DNA of 64,000 nucleotides from a virus (Duplodnaviria; Heunggongvirae; Uroviricota; Caudoviricetes): IMG/VR virus record IMGVR_UViG_3300044693_000272; one strand, written 5' to 3'. Shown piece by piece: positions 44,323-53,207 of the stretch. The first letter of the stretch is position 1; each line of letters begins with the position of its first letter. A model generated the notes under the pieces. That model worked only from the letters and a program-made list of their open reading frames with translations, did not search any database and had not been told where the DNA came from. A program made the position numbers and the translations under genes.

Positions 44323-44388
44323 TTCCTCTCCTATATGAGACTTCATTATACATTCATATGAATGGGAAGTCTAGGTTCGCCGGAAATG

Positions 44389-44414
44389 AAAAAGCGGCCT
44401 TTTAGGCCGCTTTT
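44389..44414. terminator. bidirectional terminator
   Basis: AAAAAGCGGCCT-tt-TAGGCCGCTTTT. Confidence 0.8.
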
Positions 44415-44427
44415 AAAACTTGATCAG

Positions 44428-44501
44428 TGGTGCCCCGTGACAGAATCGAACTATCGTCTGATGATTACAAGTCAACTGTTCTACCATTAAACTAACAGGG
44501 C
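44428..44501 (-). tRNA. trnT: tRNA-Thr(TGT)
   Basis: loop CTTGTAA, CCA. Confidence 0.92.
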
Positions 44502-44564
44502 GTACTTGATTACAACTACATTTCTATTTAGCAAATTGAATCAATTTGCTAAGAGTTTCAAACA

Positions 44565-44848
44565 GGATGGATTGTGCATGCAGTTTTTTGTTTATCGTTT
44601 GGTCTACATAGCAAGCTGCCTTATCCTTCACGTACTGACAAAAATTTCATAATGCCAGCGGAAGACCTTATCAACAAGCGTACACCCACCAAACTATCAC
44701 GTATTCTACGTGCCTATCTCGCGCATTTCGTCTACGAGCCCAACGCCACATATTCGCTATGGACACTATCCGTTACATCAGCTTTCACCTAAAAGGTGAA
44801 AGCATTCAACGGCTTTCTATATTAGAAAGTTTATTGCTGTACCCATCC
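44565..44848 (-). ncRNA. long (284 nt) Y-RNA-like element L1
   Basis: GGATGG-GTACAGCAAT..CAAT-CCATCC ends; core shared with L2. Confidence 0.65.
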
Positions 44849-44888
44849 AAACACCTAACTATCCAAAAGCCAGTGCTTTGAAACTACC

Positions 44889-45087
44889 AGGATTGTGGTC
44901 TCCCTACTATCGATTCAAGGCCAGGATCTTCCTTGGTCGATCTCGTTTCTACGAGCACTATTCCATATTCTATGGACACTATCTTCATCGCACTCCACAC
45001 ACGACCTTTCGGTCTTAGCATTTAAGCCAGCACATGGATCATGAAGCAACGCCGGATTAAGTAATTTTGGCTTGCTGTAACAATCCT
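44889..45087 (-). ncRNA. long (199 nt) Y-RNA-like element L2
   Basis: AGGATTGT-TACAGCAAG..ACAATCCT ends; core shared with L1. Confidence 0.65.
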
Positions 45088-45231
45088 AAAACATCTATTC
45101 TAACAGAGTTACCAAACAAGTCAACAACTTTGTTAAAATTTTCTACACATTGACGACGTAGATAACTTCAATCAATCACGAAGGTTTATTAACCGTATGC
45201 CATTTTACGCCTTCCATAGAGAAATGCAATA

Positions 45232-45690
45232 TTATTCCATCTCTTGTAGTTTGAACATGGTCATCAAGGCATCACACGGATCATCTTTCACAGTCACCAC
45301 ATAGAAGATCAAATCATCAGTATCCCGAAATGAATCTTTATCTGAATGTAATAGTTCTATTCTTGAAATCGTCCACTCATTACAAGTCGCCTGACTTAGA
45401 TCAGAAACGCCATCAATGCTCATTGGGTTTTTAAACCGATCATGAAGTAGTTCTTGAATATACTGTTTATAATGATTTTCTAATTTCACCCAAGATGCAT
45501 AATCCTCTTTTAACTTTGAATTAAACCGATCAGAAAATAGACCGCCAGAAGCCCAAATTTTTGATCCATAATGGGCAGTTATGCGTGCATTATTGGTTGA
45601 TCCAATTTGCTTTGACAGCCAATCAATCATTCGTTCCATTAGATCAGTATCAAGATCGTAATCCCAATTAACACGAAAAATGAAAGTCAT
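45232..45690 (-). CDS. hypothetical protein, C-terminal FKL-motif family
   Basis: ends DDPCDALMTMFKLQEME. Confidence 0.7.
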   Translation of the reverse strand: MTFIFRVNWDYDLDTDLMERMIDWLSKQIGSTNNARITAHYGSKIWASGGLFSDRFNSKLKEDYASWVKLENHYKQYIQELLHDRFKNPMSIDGVSDLSQATCNEWTISRIELLHSDKDSFRDTDDLIFYVVTVKDDPCDALMTMFKLQEME

Positions 45691-45692
45691 AA

Positions 45693-45881
45693 TTAATTCA
45701 AAAATGTGAGTTTGAATTGAACGGCGAGAATTGAATCTTCAATCTGAATGTGGACGTTGTGTGAAATGACGCCAATCCATGTTCGTTGCATAGTACAGTC
45801 ATACAATTTCCATCCATATCCTTCAATGCGATGGATATCATTTATTTTCTCAACATGAAACCAATTCGTGAATTGAGTCAC
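45693..45881 (-). CDS. hypothetical protein, C-terminal FKL-motif family
   Basis: ends IEDSILAVQFKLTFLN. Confidence 0.7.
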   Translation of the reverse strand: MTQFTNWFHVEKINDIHRIEGYGWKLYDCTMQRTWIGVISHNVHIQIEDSILAVQFKLTFLN

Positions 45882-46103
45882 TTCGGCGGCTAACAGACAC
45901 TAGCTACTAACGTTTTTATCAGCTCTATTGGCGCGCATTTTGCACTGTTTATCACCTACATGGCCAATCAACCATGTGAGTATTTCACGAACTACCTCCG
46001 GGTTGTGTATGGCTTGTTTAATGTGTATCAGGTGCATCAGAATACCCTATATAGGGAACGAAGGCCACTTACTACAGTAGCCTTCGTTGTCACTACCAAC
46101 TGC

Positions 46104-46889
46104 TTACAGCTTGATTTCGTGCGAACCAAATGCAACGTGTGATACGAGATCGATGAACTTACGCGAAACAAAGATCACCTTATCTACGATCACCGTCAGG
46201 AAGCGTGAAAACAGGATTGAGAGAATTGTGATCGGCCATTCGAAAACCGCGCTTGCGAGAATAGCCTTACCGCGTAATGTCTTCGGCGGAAAAAGCTCCG
46301 CCATCTTCTTGGCAATAGTATCTTCAACACTTAAGATCGATTGTTCGTGCTTTAGTGAATAAAGATCAAACATCGTATTCACTTTATACGAACGGCCAAA
46401 GATATGATCCTTGTTATTGGCAGCAATGTCTAATTGAAGCACACGACGAATAAAATCATCTGTTACCGTTAGAGGATCAATTGGCGTAGGACGACCATCA
46501 TTCAAATTCTTGATAACAGCGTTTGCGTATTTTTGAAAAGCATCTGAATCCGTCAAATACGGCAATATCATATTGCGGTATCGTGTCTTCACATGCATAC
46601 AGAACAAAATCCAATTCACAAACGACACACCGACACCAATAGCAAGATACAATGCAATCGGCTCCATAATGGCATGGATAAGTGAAGTGGAATGGAAGTA
46701 CGCGATGAGTGGCTGATGGTAAACATAACCAATCGCCACAAAACAAAGCAGCATCGTAAAGAACGACAATCCAAATGCATCTTCTGCGTAGACACTGATC
46801 GAAAGAACAATGAACACAAAAGCTACGGCAAGTGCGATCCATTCGAAGAGTGAAAAGGCAATCGCACTAGCAAATAGGGCTTCGAACAA
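46104..46889 (-). CDS. membrane protein
   Basis: three N-terminal hydrophobic helices. Confidence 0.75.
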   Translation of the reverse strand: MFEALFASAIAFSLFEWIALAVAFVFIVLSISVYAEDAFGLSFFTMLLCFVAIGYVYHQPLIAYFHSTSLIHAIMEPIALYLAIGVGVSFVNWILFCMHVKTRYRNMILPYLTDSDAFQKYANAVIKNLNDGRPTPIDPLTVTDDFIRRVLQLDIAANNKDHIFGRSYKVNTMFDLYSLKHEQSILSVEDTIAKKMAELFPPKTLRGKAILASAVFEWPITILSILFSRFLTVIVDKVIFVSRKFIDLVSHVAFGSHEIKL

Positions 46890-47115
46890 GGTGTTCTCCT
46901 AAAGTTGTTTTTAAAGAATGAAACAACTAAGAGTGTGTATTGGCGCGCCATTTCAGTCAAGCTGACTTAACCACTTCACCAGTCCAAACACCAGATGGCT
47001 AGGCGCCCCAAACAATCTTTCGATCATTCGGGGCGCTTTCGCCAGGTAAACAACTTTCAGGAGGAAAGTGTTAAGTCATATACTACGACTATTCGTCTAA
47101 GCAGTCAAGAACTTT

Positions 47116-47943
47116 TTAGAACAAGGTAAGTGCTGTACCACATTCGCTGCAAAATTTAGCAGTCGCTTGGTTCGTTCTACCACATGTTGTGCAGACGGGC
47201 TTTGCTTTCACTGTAACAGGAGCTTCAACTTTCTTGCCCTCTGGGCTTTCACCCAACAGCTTCAGCGTAATCACGTGCTTAGTTGATTCAACTTGAAAAC
47301 CATATGATGTCTGGAACGTTTGTTCGCTCTTAGCACCAGGAACAGTAATACCAACATCGTTTTGAACTGAAGCTTGTGCTGAATAGGCAGCAGTAGGTGC
47401 TTCAGTTGAATTTGATGTCAACGTAGTGGCGGTTGCTGCCGAAGAAGCCATCGATACATTATTCACCGCGCTACGAAGAACTGAATTATTCAACGTTGCG
47501 TGATTGCTGGTTGTGGTCCAGGTAGGTTGCCCATACAGAGTTGGTTGTATTGAAGACCCAGTATACCAAGTATTGATATTGTTCCAATTATATACTGCTT
47601 CGAACTGATATTCGACACGGATGAATCCATCATCTACCTTGGAACCACGATGCTTCTCAATGTTTGCTGTACGTTCAATGAACTTGAACTTGTTACCTTC
47701 CTTTAAATTGCCGTTTCGAATGAAACGTTCAAGCTCGATCTCACTATTCGCATTGACGATAAGTGACACACCTTCTGTTGCATCAGTACCGTCGATTGAT
47801 ACTCGAACCATAGCACGACGAGTGTCCAAGTTCTTGATCAAGATTGAATATTCAGATCCGAATGGAATGTAGGTTGCGTCCTTGAACTCACGGAGAACCT
47901 TATTGTTGGCTTTGATGGCCACGACTAGATTTTCTTTGAACAT
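47116..47943 (-). CDS. conserved phage protein with C-terminal zinc ribbon
   Basis: LREF....YIPFGSEYSILIKN, LERF; CTTCG..N...AKFCSECG. Confidence 0.85.
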   Translation of the reverse strand: MFKENLVVAIKANNKVLREFKDATYIPFGSEYSILIKNLDTRRAMVRVSIDGTDATEGVSLIVNANSEIELERFIRNGNLKEGNKFKFIERTANIEKHRGSKVDDGFIRVEYQFEAVYNWNNINTWYTGSSIQPTLYGQPTWTTTSNHATLNNSVLRSAVNNVSMASSAATATTLTSNSTEAPTAAYSAQASVQNDVGITVPGAKSEQTFQTSYGFQVESTKHVITLKLLGESPEGKKVEAPVTVKAKPVCTTCGRTNQATAKFCSECGTALTLF

Positions 47944-48156
47944 TTTGATGTCCTTAATACTGACGACAGCATAGGCGTCATTTGTTTATAATGCTGTGGT
48001 TTGAGCATTGCGCTCAGATGATGACTTTACATAATTGGATTATGCCAGTCAATATTATTTATCGAATAATGATTCAAACTTAGAATGGATTAAACATCCA
48101 TCGGACTACAATGCCAGTCCAAAGCATAAAGATGGTATAAAGACTCATTTGATTTC

Positions 48157-48630
48157 TCACATTTCACTAATGTAATCAAGCAAAACATCAAGGCTTTCAT
48201 ATGTACGAACGCCATAACGATTGCAAACAATATCAACATTACCCTTTCGCCAATATCCTTCTGGGCAACAGACATGCAACTTACCAGGATTACTTGCTGC
48301 GATAATACCAAGTTCAAGTAATGTGATTGGTGACTTCGTACCAGGCGCAAAATACATTACCACAATATCAGACGAATTGATGTGATCAAGTTCCCAATTT
48401 ACTTGGGAATTGAATTCTGGACTGTCGATTTCCTGTGTCCACGAAGCATCCCAGTCTGATCGCCGTGGGTTGTAGATCACGCTTGCATTGACCATCAAAC
48501 GATCGATAGCAATTTGCTGCCAGTCATCGCTGTTGCCCATTTCTATGGTACCAGCAAGAAAGATGGAGGGTTGCTCAAGATGAGCAGGCTTCTTAAAGAA
48601 GCAGGGTGGATATTTTACTAACGCAGTCAT
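48157..48630 (-). CDS. nucleoside 2-deoxyribosyltransferase-like protein
   Basis: IFLAGTIEMG...DWQ, NPRR, QVNWEL, SPITLLELG, YWRKGNV. Confidence 0.9.
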   Translation of the reverse strand: MTALVKYPPCFFKKPAHLEQPSIFLAGTIEMGNSDDWQQIAIDRLMVNASVIYNPRRSDWDASWTQEIDSPEFNSQVNWELDHINSSDIVVMYFAPGTKSPITLLELGIIAASNPGKLHVCCPEGYWRKGNVDIVCNRYGVRTYESLDVLLDYISEM

Positions 48631-48738
48631 GTTGTTATTTATTTTTCGACTGTAGAACGACTAAGGGCCCCGTTGCCGGGGCCCGTCGCCGATGGTAAAC
48701 AACTACAGGAGGAACTACATGGTTAATTCAAAAACAAC

Positions 48739-48874
48739 AGGATCCTATTTTCACATTGTCTAGCGCGTCTACCAATTTCGCCATAATCCACTTTTAAGGG
48801 TGGATCAGAAGGACTCGAACCTTCACGTCTTGCGACACCAGATTCCTTAGCCTATAGATTGCTGTAAGGATCCT
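48739..48874 (-). ncRNA. YrlA-like circularly permuted tRNA-Leu mimic
   Basis: AGGATCCT-TACAGCAAT, Leu 3' half (variable and T arm), TAAAA linker, Leu 5' half (GTGGATTATGGCGAAATTGGTAGACGCGCTAGAC), AAAAT-AGGATCCT. Confidence 0.8.
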
Positions 48875-48883
48875 AAAACTAAC

Positions 48884-48935
48884 TGGATGCACCTTTGGTC
48901 ACATAGCAAGTGTAGGTAATTGCTGTAGGCATCCA
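48884..48935 (-). ncRNA. minimal Y-RNA-like stem element
   Basis: TGGATGC-CTACAGCAAT..AAAGGT-GCATCCA. Confidence 0.65.
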
Positions 48936-49154
48936 AAACCTTAAATTCTTCCAATATTCAGATTTAGCGCATAGCAATACTGGCAACTTTTGCGCTAAGT
49001 CTAAGCTTGTTGAGCGCTGAAACACTAGGTCTTTTAACTCTCACTCGTCACTAGCTTCAAACATCTAGTGCAGACCTAACTACCTTAACTCTAGTCTACT
49101 GCTATGGCAACCTTACGTCAAGCACTTTATTGCCACTTCTTGAAACTTTTAAAC

Positions 49155-49267
49155 AGGATGAACTTTTAAGTCGGGCGCCTTACCACTTGGCGACTAGGTC
49201 TTTCAACCTAGGTAGAGAATCGAACTCTACGCTTGCCCGATTGACCAGTAATTGCTGAACTCATCCT
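49155..49267 (-). ncRNA. YrlA-like circularly permuted tRNA mimic
   Basis: AGGATGA-GTTCAGCAAT..TCGGG..GTAGAGTTCGATTCTCTAC-CTAGG-loop-CCTAG-D arm-CCCGA..AAAAGT-TCATCCT. Confidence 0.8.
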
Positions 49268-49280
49268 TATACTACAAAAC

Positions 49281-49355
49281 TGGTGGACCCCAGAGGAATC
49301 GAACCTCCATCAGCGGCAAGACTTTCATCTCCCACAGCACCGTGCCAAAGGGCCC
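49281..49355 (-). ncRNA. 75-nt tRNA-like RNA with Ala acceptor (G3.U70, A73) and non-canonical D/anticodon region
   Basis: GGGCCC/GGGTCC-A-CCA, GGAGGTTCGATTCCTCT T arm. Confidence 0.6.
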
Positions 49356-49718
49356 AAAACTTGTAAAGCTTTTGGAAGGCTCACCAACTTGCAGCATCAT
49401 GCGCTAAAACTCAGCCTCAGTGCAAATGATCGTTTTACACTTGATCGTGAGGTTTGACTTTCAGTTTGGATGCCAGCGCATCGGTGAGTCTTACAAAAGC
49501 TTCATTAATGTATTAAGCGTGATAGTCAGGGATAATGATCCCTCTGTCTCGGCTTCCCAGGCACGTTCCCCAGTGACCGTCTAGACTACCACGTTTAATG
49601 CATTAAACACTAATGGATCCGAAACTTTCACCCTGTTGCTCTGCTCTACAACCCATGCTGCTATTCTATGGCAATACTCATCTACAGTCAAGCGATTTAT
49701 TCACCTAGGTAACCACTT

Positions 49719-49967
49719 TTAAAAAGGATAATCGCCCTTGTCAGCAATAACAGTGGCGCCAATCGCTTCGAGCTCATTCAAAATAGCTTCACGGAGATTG
49801 AACTGACCGTCTGCGTAGACGACATAATTCCCGTCTCTTGCGGCTTCCACTTTGTCGTAAATGCGTTCAGCGGCTGCATTGGCCTCATCTGTCGACATTG
49901 TTTCAGGTGGAGTAGCAATGACGATAGTACCATCCCAGTTCTCGAAGTTGATGATCATCACATTCAT
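49719..49967 (-). CDS. hypothetical protein
   Basis: acidic ORF with SD. Confidence 0.65.
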   Translation of the reverse strand: MNVMIINFENWDGTIVIATPPETMSTDEANAAAERIYDKVEAARDGNYVVYADGQFNLREAILNELEAIGATVIADKGDYPF

Positions 49968-50058
49968 CGTAAATCCACCAGCACGAAGATCCATCACGTT
50001 CTCCCAAATTCATCATGCTCTTACTATACGATGCCAAGTGATTACAGTCAAGCCTAGA

Positions 50059-50087
50059 ATGAAACCCGGCTACTAGCCGGGTTTCAT
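50059..50087. terminator. intrinsic terminator
   Basis: ATGAAACCCGGC-tacta-GCCGGGTTTCAT. Confidence 0.8.
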
Positions 50088-50101
50088 GTTTGCATTAGTT
50101 A

Positions 50102-51289
50102 TTAGTCAACATTCGATTTGACGAAGCTTTTCAACGCACCGTAGCGTGCATTGAAGTTCAGTGTATAGCTATCATTCGTAATTCCCCAGGACCCAAGCAT
50201 CTGATACAACATAACCGATTTGATACCATTGCCCCGGCTGCGGTTGCTATAAACCTCAGTGAGGAATTTCGTGTAATATGCCGCCTGATCAGCGTCAGAC
50301 TGTTCAGGCAAACCACCCCATTCAGTAATGATGAATGGAACACCGTAAGCCTTATCACAGTAATCAACTAAATTGAAACGTGACGTTCCATCGCCGTCAC
50401 GAGCAATATTGAAGATATCACCGTATACTTCATAGTTATGCCAACTAGTCAAGTCCCAACGCACTTGTGGTTTTCCGGTTGCACCACCGGGCTCATTTCC
50501 GTTCCAAAGAGCGTCTGATGCACCAATATCTGCCACACAAAACAGAGCAGCGGTGACATTCTTGCTATCAATTGATTTTACGCCATCGTGAATACCTCTG
50601 ATCAAACCACGCATTTGAGGCCAGAAGCCTTGTTTGAAATCAGTTATGCTGGTTCCCATTAACGCTGGATTAGAGATAATTTCTGGTGCTCGGGTGTATT
50701 CATTCCCCATTTCATATATGAAATCCCCATATGGAGTTAGGGTTTGCGCTACATGAGCAGCAGTGGATTTCGCATAGTTATATGCCGCGTCTTCACTTTG
50801 CCAATATGCCCCAGTCGAATCTTTAAAGGAACAATTGATACAAACAACAAATGTGATACCACTACCACGTAGTGCTTGGAGCCAATTGAGTATCGAATTA
50901 AGCGATTGATCAGATGATTCGTAAGTCATACGAATTGACGTCAAACCAATATCAAGCATTACATTCTTCAACCCAGTCGGATTAAAAGGAAAATCCCAAT
51001 GAGCGTTTATACCATAAAACATCTTTGGTAGAGGATACGTTCGAGGGTCAGCTGACGCGAACCATGTCTTCTGGGCATCATTCCATGCATAAAATGCACC
51101 GGATGTATTTTGATGGTACAAAGTGTTTGCATACCACAATAACATTGCGGCATTATAGCTACCACCAGCACGTTGGCCATTTAAAAGAACATATCCATTG
51201 CCATCAGTACTGATAGTCCACACTCGTCCCAAATTATCACTGATTGCATTATCAGTTTTGAACGTGGTTCCGCTTAGTGCTGTAGTCAT
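50102..51289 (-). CDS. clan GH-A glycoside hydrolase with N-terminal beta-rich module
   Basis: FYGINAH, YEMGNE (acid/base), SWHNY, IITEWG (nucleophile). Confidence 0.85.
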   Translation of the reverse strand: MTTALSGTTFKTDNAISDNLGRVWTISTDGNGYVLLNGQRAGGSYNAAMLLWYANTLYHQNTSGAFYAWNDAQKTWFASADPRTYPLPKMFYGINAHWDFPFNPTGLKNVMLDIGLTSIRMTYESSDQSLNSILNWLQALRGSGITFVVCINCSFKDSTGAYWQSEDAAYNYAKSTAAHVAQTLTPYGDFIYEMGNEYTRAPEIISNPALMGTSITDFKQGFWPQMRGLIRGIHDGVKSIDSKNVTAALFCVADIGASDALWNGNEPGGATGKPQVRWDLTSWHNYEVYGDIFNIARDGDGTSRFNLVDYCDKAYGVPFIITEWGGLPEQSDADQAAYYTKFLTEVYSNRSRGNGIKSVMLYQMLGSWGITNDSYTLNFNARYGALKSFVKSNVD

Positions 51290-51393
51290 TTGACTCTCCT
51301 GTGAAAGTACAAATGTTCTAGTATAGCTAGACATATATCACACCAACAGTCACCAACTATTTTTTTTGGAATTTTGCTGTATTTCTTACAGAT

Positions 51394-51431
51394 GTGTGAA
51401 GGGGTCAACATTTTTGTTGACCCCTTCACAC
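51394..51431. terminator. 17-bp hairpin/terminator after infA
   Basis: GTGTGAAGGGGTCAACA-tttt-TGTTGACCCCTTCACAC. Confidence 0.75.
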
Positions 51432-51455
51432 CAACCAGCTATCAAAAGCCTGGTG

Positions 51456-51677
51456 TTATTTGTGACGGAAGGTGATTCGACCTTTTGACATATCGTACGG
51501 TGAAATGTCGATCGTTACTTTATCACCAGGTAAGATACGAATGAAGTTCTGTCGAATCTTGCCCGAAGCATGCCCAAGAACGGTATGACCGTTTTCCAGT
51601 TTCACCCGGAACATTGCATTAGGTAGATTTTCAACTACCTCTCCCTGCATTTGAATCACATCATCTTGTTTGGCCAT
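51456..51677 (-). CDS. infA: translation initiation factor IF-1
   Basis: [48 protein letters not shown]...SPYD..KGRI.FR. Confidence 0.97.
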   Translation of the reverse strand: MAKQDDVIQMQGEVVENLPNAMFRVKLENGHTVLGHASGKIRQNFIRILPGDKVTIDISPYDMSKGRITFRHK

Positions 51678-51685
51678 TTTCCTCA

Positions 51686-51865
51686 TTAACCTTGTTCAAC
51701 ACCAGCTTTATCTAGTGCATTGTAAAAAGCTTTTTCAGCATCCAGAAAAGCTTTTGCGGCAGATGAAAGCTCTTCACAGTCGGTAACTGTTGCCGCTTCA
51801 TCTGCAAAGTCAGTCAAACTCCACGGTCCACCGCTAAATTGGTCTCGAAATTGTTCAAGTGTCAT
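51686..51865 (-). CDS. small hypothetical protein (59 aa, [10 protein letters not shown]...)
   Basis: open frame read by eye, coupled to infA. Confidence 0.6.
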   Translation of the reverse strand: MTLEQFRDQFSGGPWSLTDFADEAATVTDCEELSSAAKAFLDAEKAFYNALDKAGVEQG

Positions 51866-51881
51866 TGCATTTGTTATTAAA

Positions 51882-51959
51882 TGGAGCGCGGGGTAGGATT
51901 TGAACCTACGGTTTTACTGCTTTGCAGGCAGTTGCTTTGGACCACTCAGCCACCCGCGC
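51882..51959 (-). tRNA. trnC: tRNA-Cys(GCA)
   Basis: loop CTGCAAA, U73-CCA. Confidence 0.95.
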
Positions 51960-52039
51960 TTTGGAGATCGTTATTATGAACCTACTGTGCCAGAAGTCAA
52001 TTACTAATGCAATGAACCAGGCATAACCTGGTTCATTGC

Positions 52040-53110
52040 TTATACTGCATCGTAGTTGAAGTACTTGGGTTGCACCTTCTTCAGAATCAACTTTCGTGTG
52101 GCATCACCAAACACGAATGTACTTTGTGATGAATCAATTTTCTGCAGGTGGCTAGATGTGAAACTAACCGTTGACCATTCCCAATCACCTTCATCAGCAC
52201 TGGAATCTTCGTAATAACCAATGGAGATACCTTCAGGTGAAAGAGGATTACCACGCCATTCACGATCACCAGACATACGACGTTCTTCAACTTCCTTACC
52301 GTTGATGATAAGTTGCACTTCATACTTGGCATCGTTGTCGTACTCTGGGCTTGCATTCAGCATACGCAATGCATCTTGCGGACTTTCGCCATAACGATTC
52401 ATTTCTTCGACCAAAGCTTTCAGCATATCGAAGTTGAACTGATGGAACAACGAAGCAATTGAGCAAATCTTGTCGATATGCTGTTTGTTCTCCAAGTTGT
52501 CTTCGCAGTATTCACGAATGAATGATTCCGCCAAACCTTTAAAGTCGATCATGTAATAGATACGACCCGGACGATTACGCATGTGTGAATCGACACGGTA
52601 TTTGTCATTGCATGTGATCACAAACAACTTCTTGCTGGGGAAAACACCATCAAGCAGAGTCAGGATTTCTTCCTGATCTTCACGATCGTATACTTTTTCA
52701 AATTCGTCGAACAAAACTACACAAGGCTGGTTTATGTCCTGCATGAACTTGTTGAAGCCATCACCCTTCCATGCTGCATTGATAACGATGGTCGGAATAC
52801 CTTGCTCAGCGCACTTGATTGACAATGTCTTAGCAAGCAAAGACTTTCCACTACCCTTTTCACCGGTAAGCATAACGCCAGTGCTTACTGTGCGTTGCAT
52901 GAATGTGTTAATGATTCGATCTGCATTGCGAGATGTATCGCCGTACATCTTACTGATGGGAGTGAAACTGTCGATCATCTCCAGATACAATGCACCAGTT
53001 TGAGGATTTTGGCGAACGATGTAATTACCAGCTGGCAATTCGCTGTGAATATCAAGTGATGCGGAATCTGAAACGCTGAAAGTGTTGCCGTTACGGATGA
53101 AATATGACAT
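52040..53110 (-). CDS. AAA+ ATPase
   Basis: GEKGSGKS, VLFDEFEK, LLDG, RNRPGRI. Confidence 0.9.
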   Translation of the reverse strand: MSYFIRNGNTFSVSDSASLDIHSELPAGNYIVRQNPQTGALYLEMIDSFTPISKMYGDTSRNADRIINTFMQRTVSTGVMLTGEKGSGKSLLAKTLSIKCAEQGIPTIVINAAWKGDGFNKFMQDINQPCVVLFDEFEKVYDREDQEEILTLLDGVFPSKKLFVITCNDKYRVDSHMRNRPGRIYYMIDFKGLAESFIREYCEDNLENKQHIDKICSIASLFHQFNFDMLKALVEEMNRYGESPQDALRMLNASPEYDNDAKYEVQLIINGKEVEERRMSGDREWRGNPLSPEGISIGYYEDSSADEGDWEWSTVSFTSSHLQKIDSSQSTFVFGDATRKLILKKVQPKYFNYDAV

Positions 53111-53207
53111 TTATAGTTATGTGTTGTGTTACGGTTGCCACATTGTACAGCTTTACCTACACTTTACAAGCTTTTCTTGCCAGTTTGTGGTTACTGGCAA
53201 GAACCAC

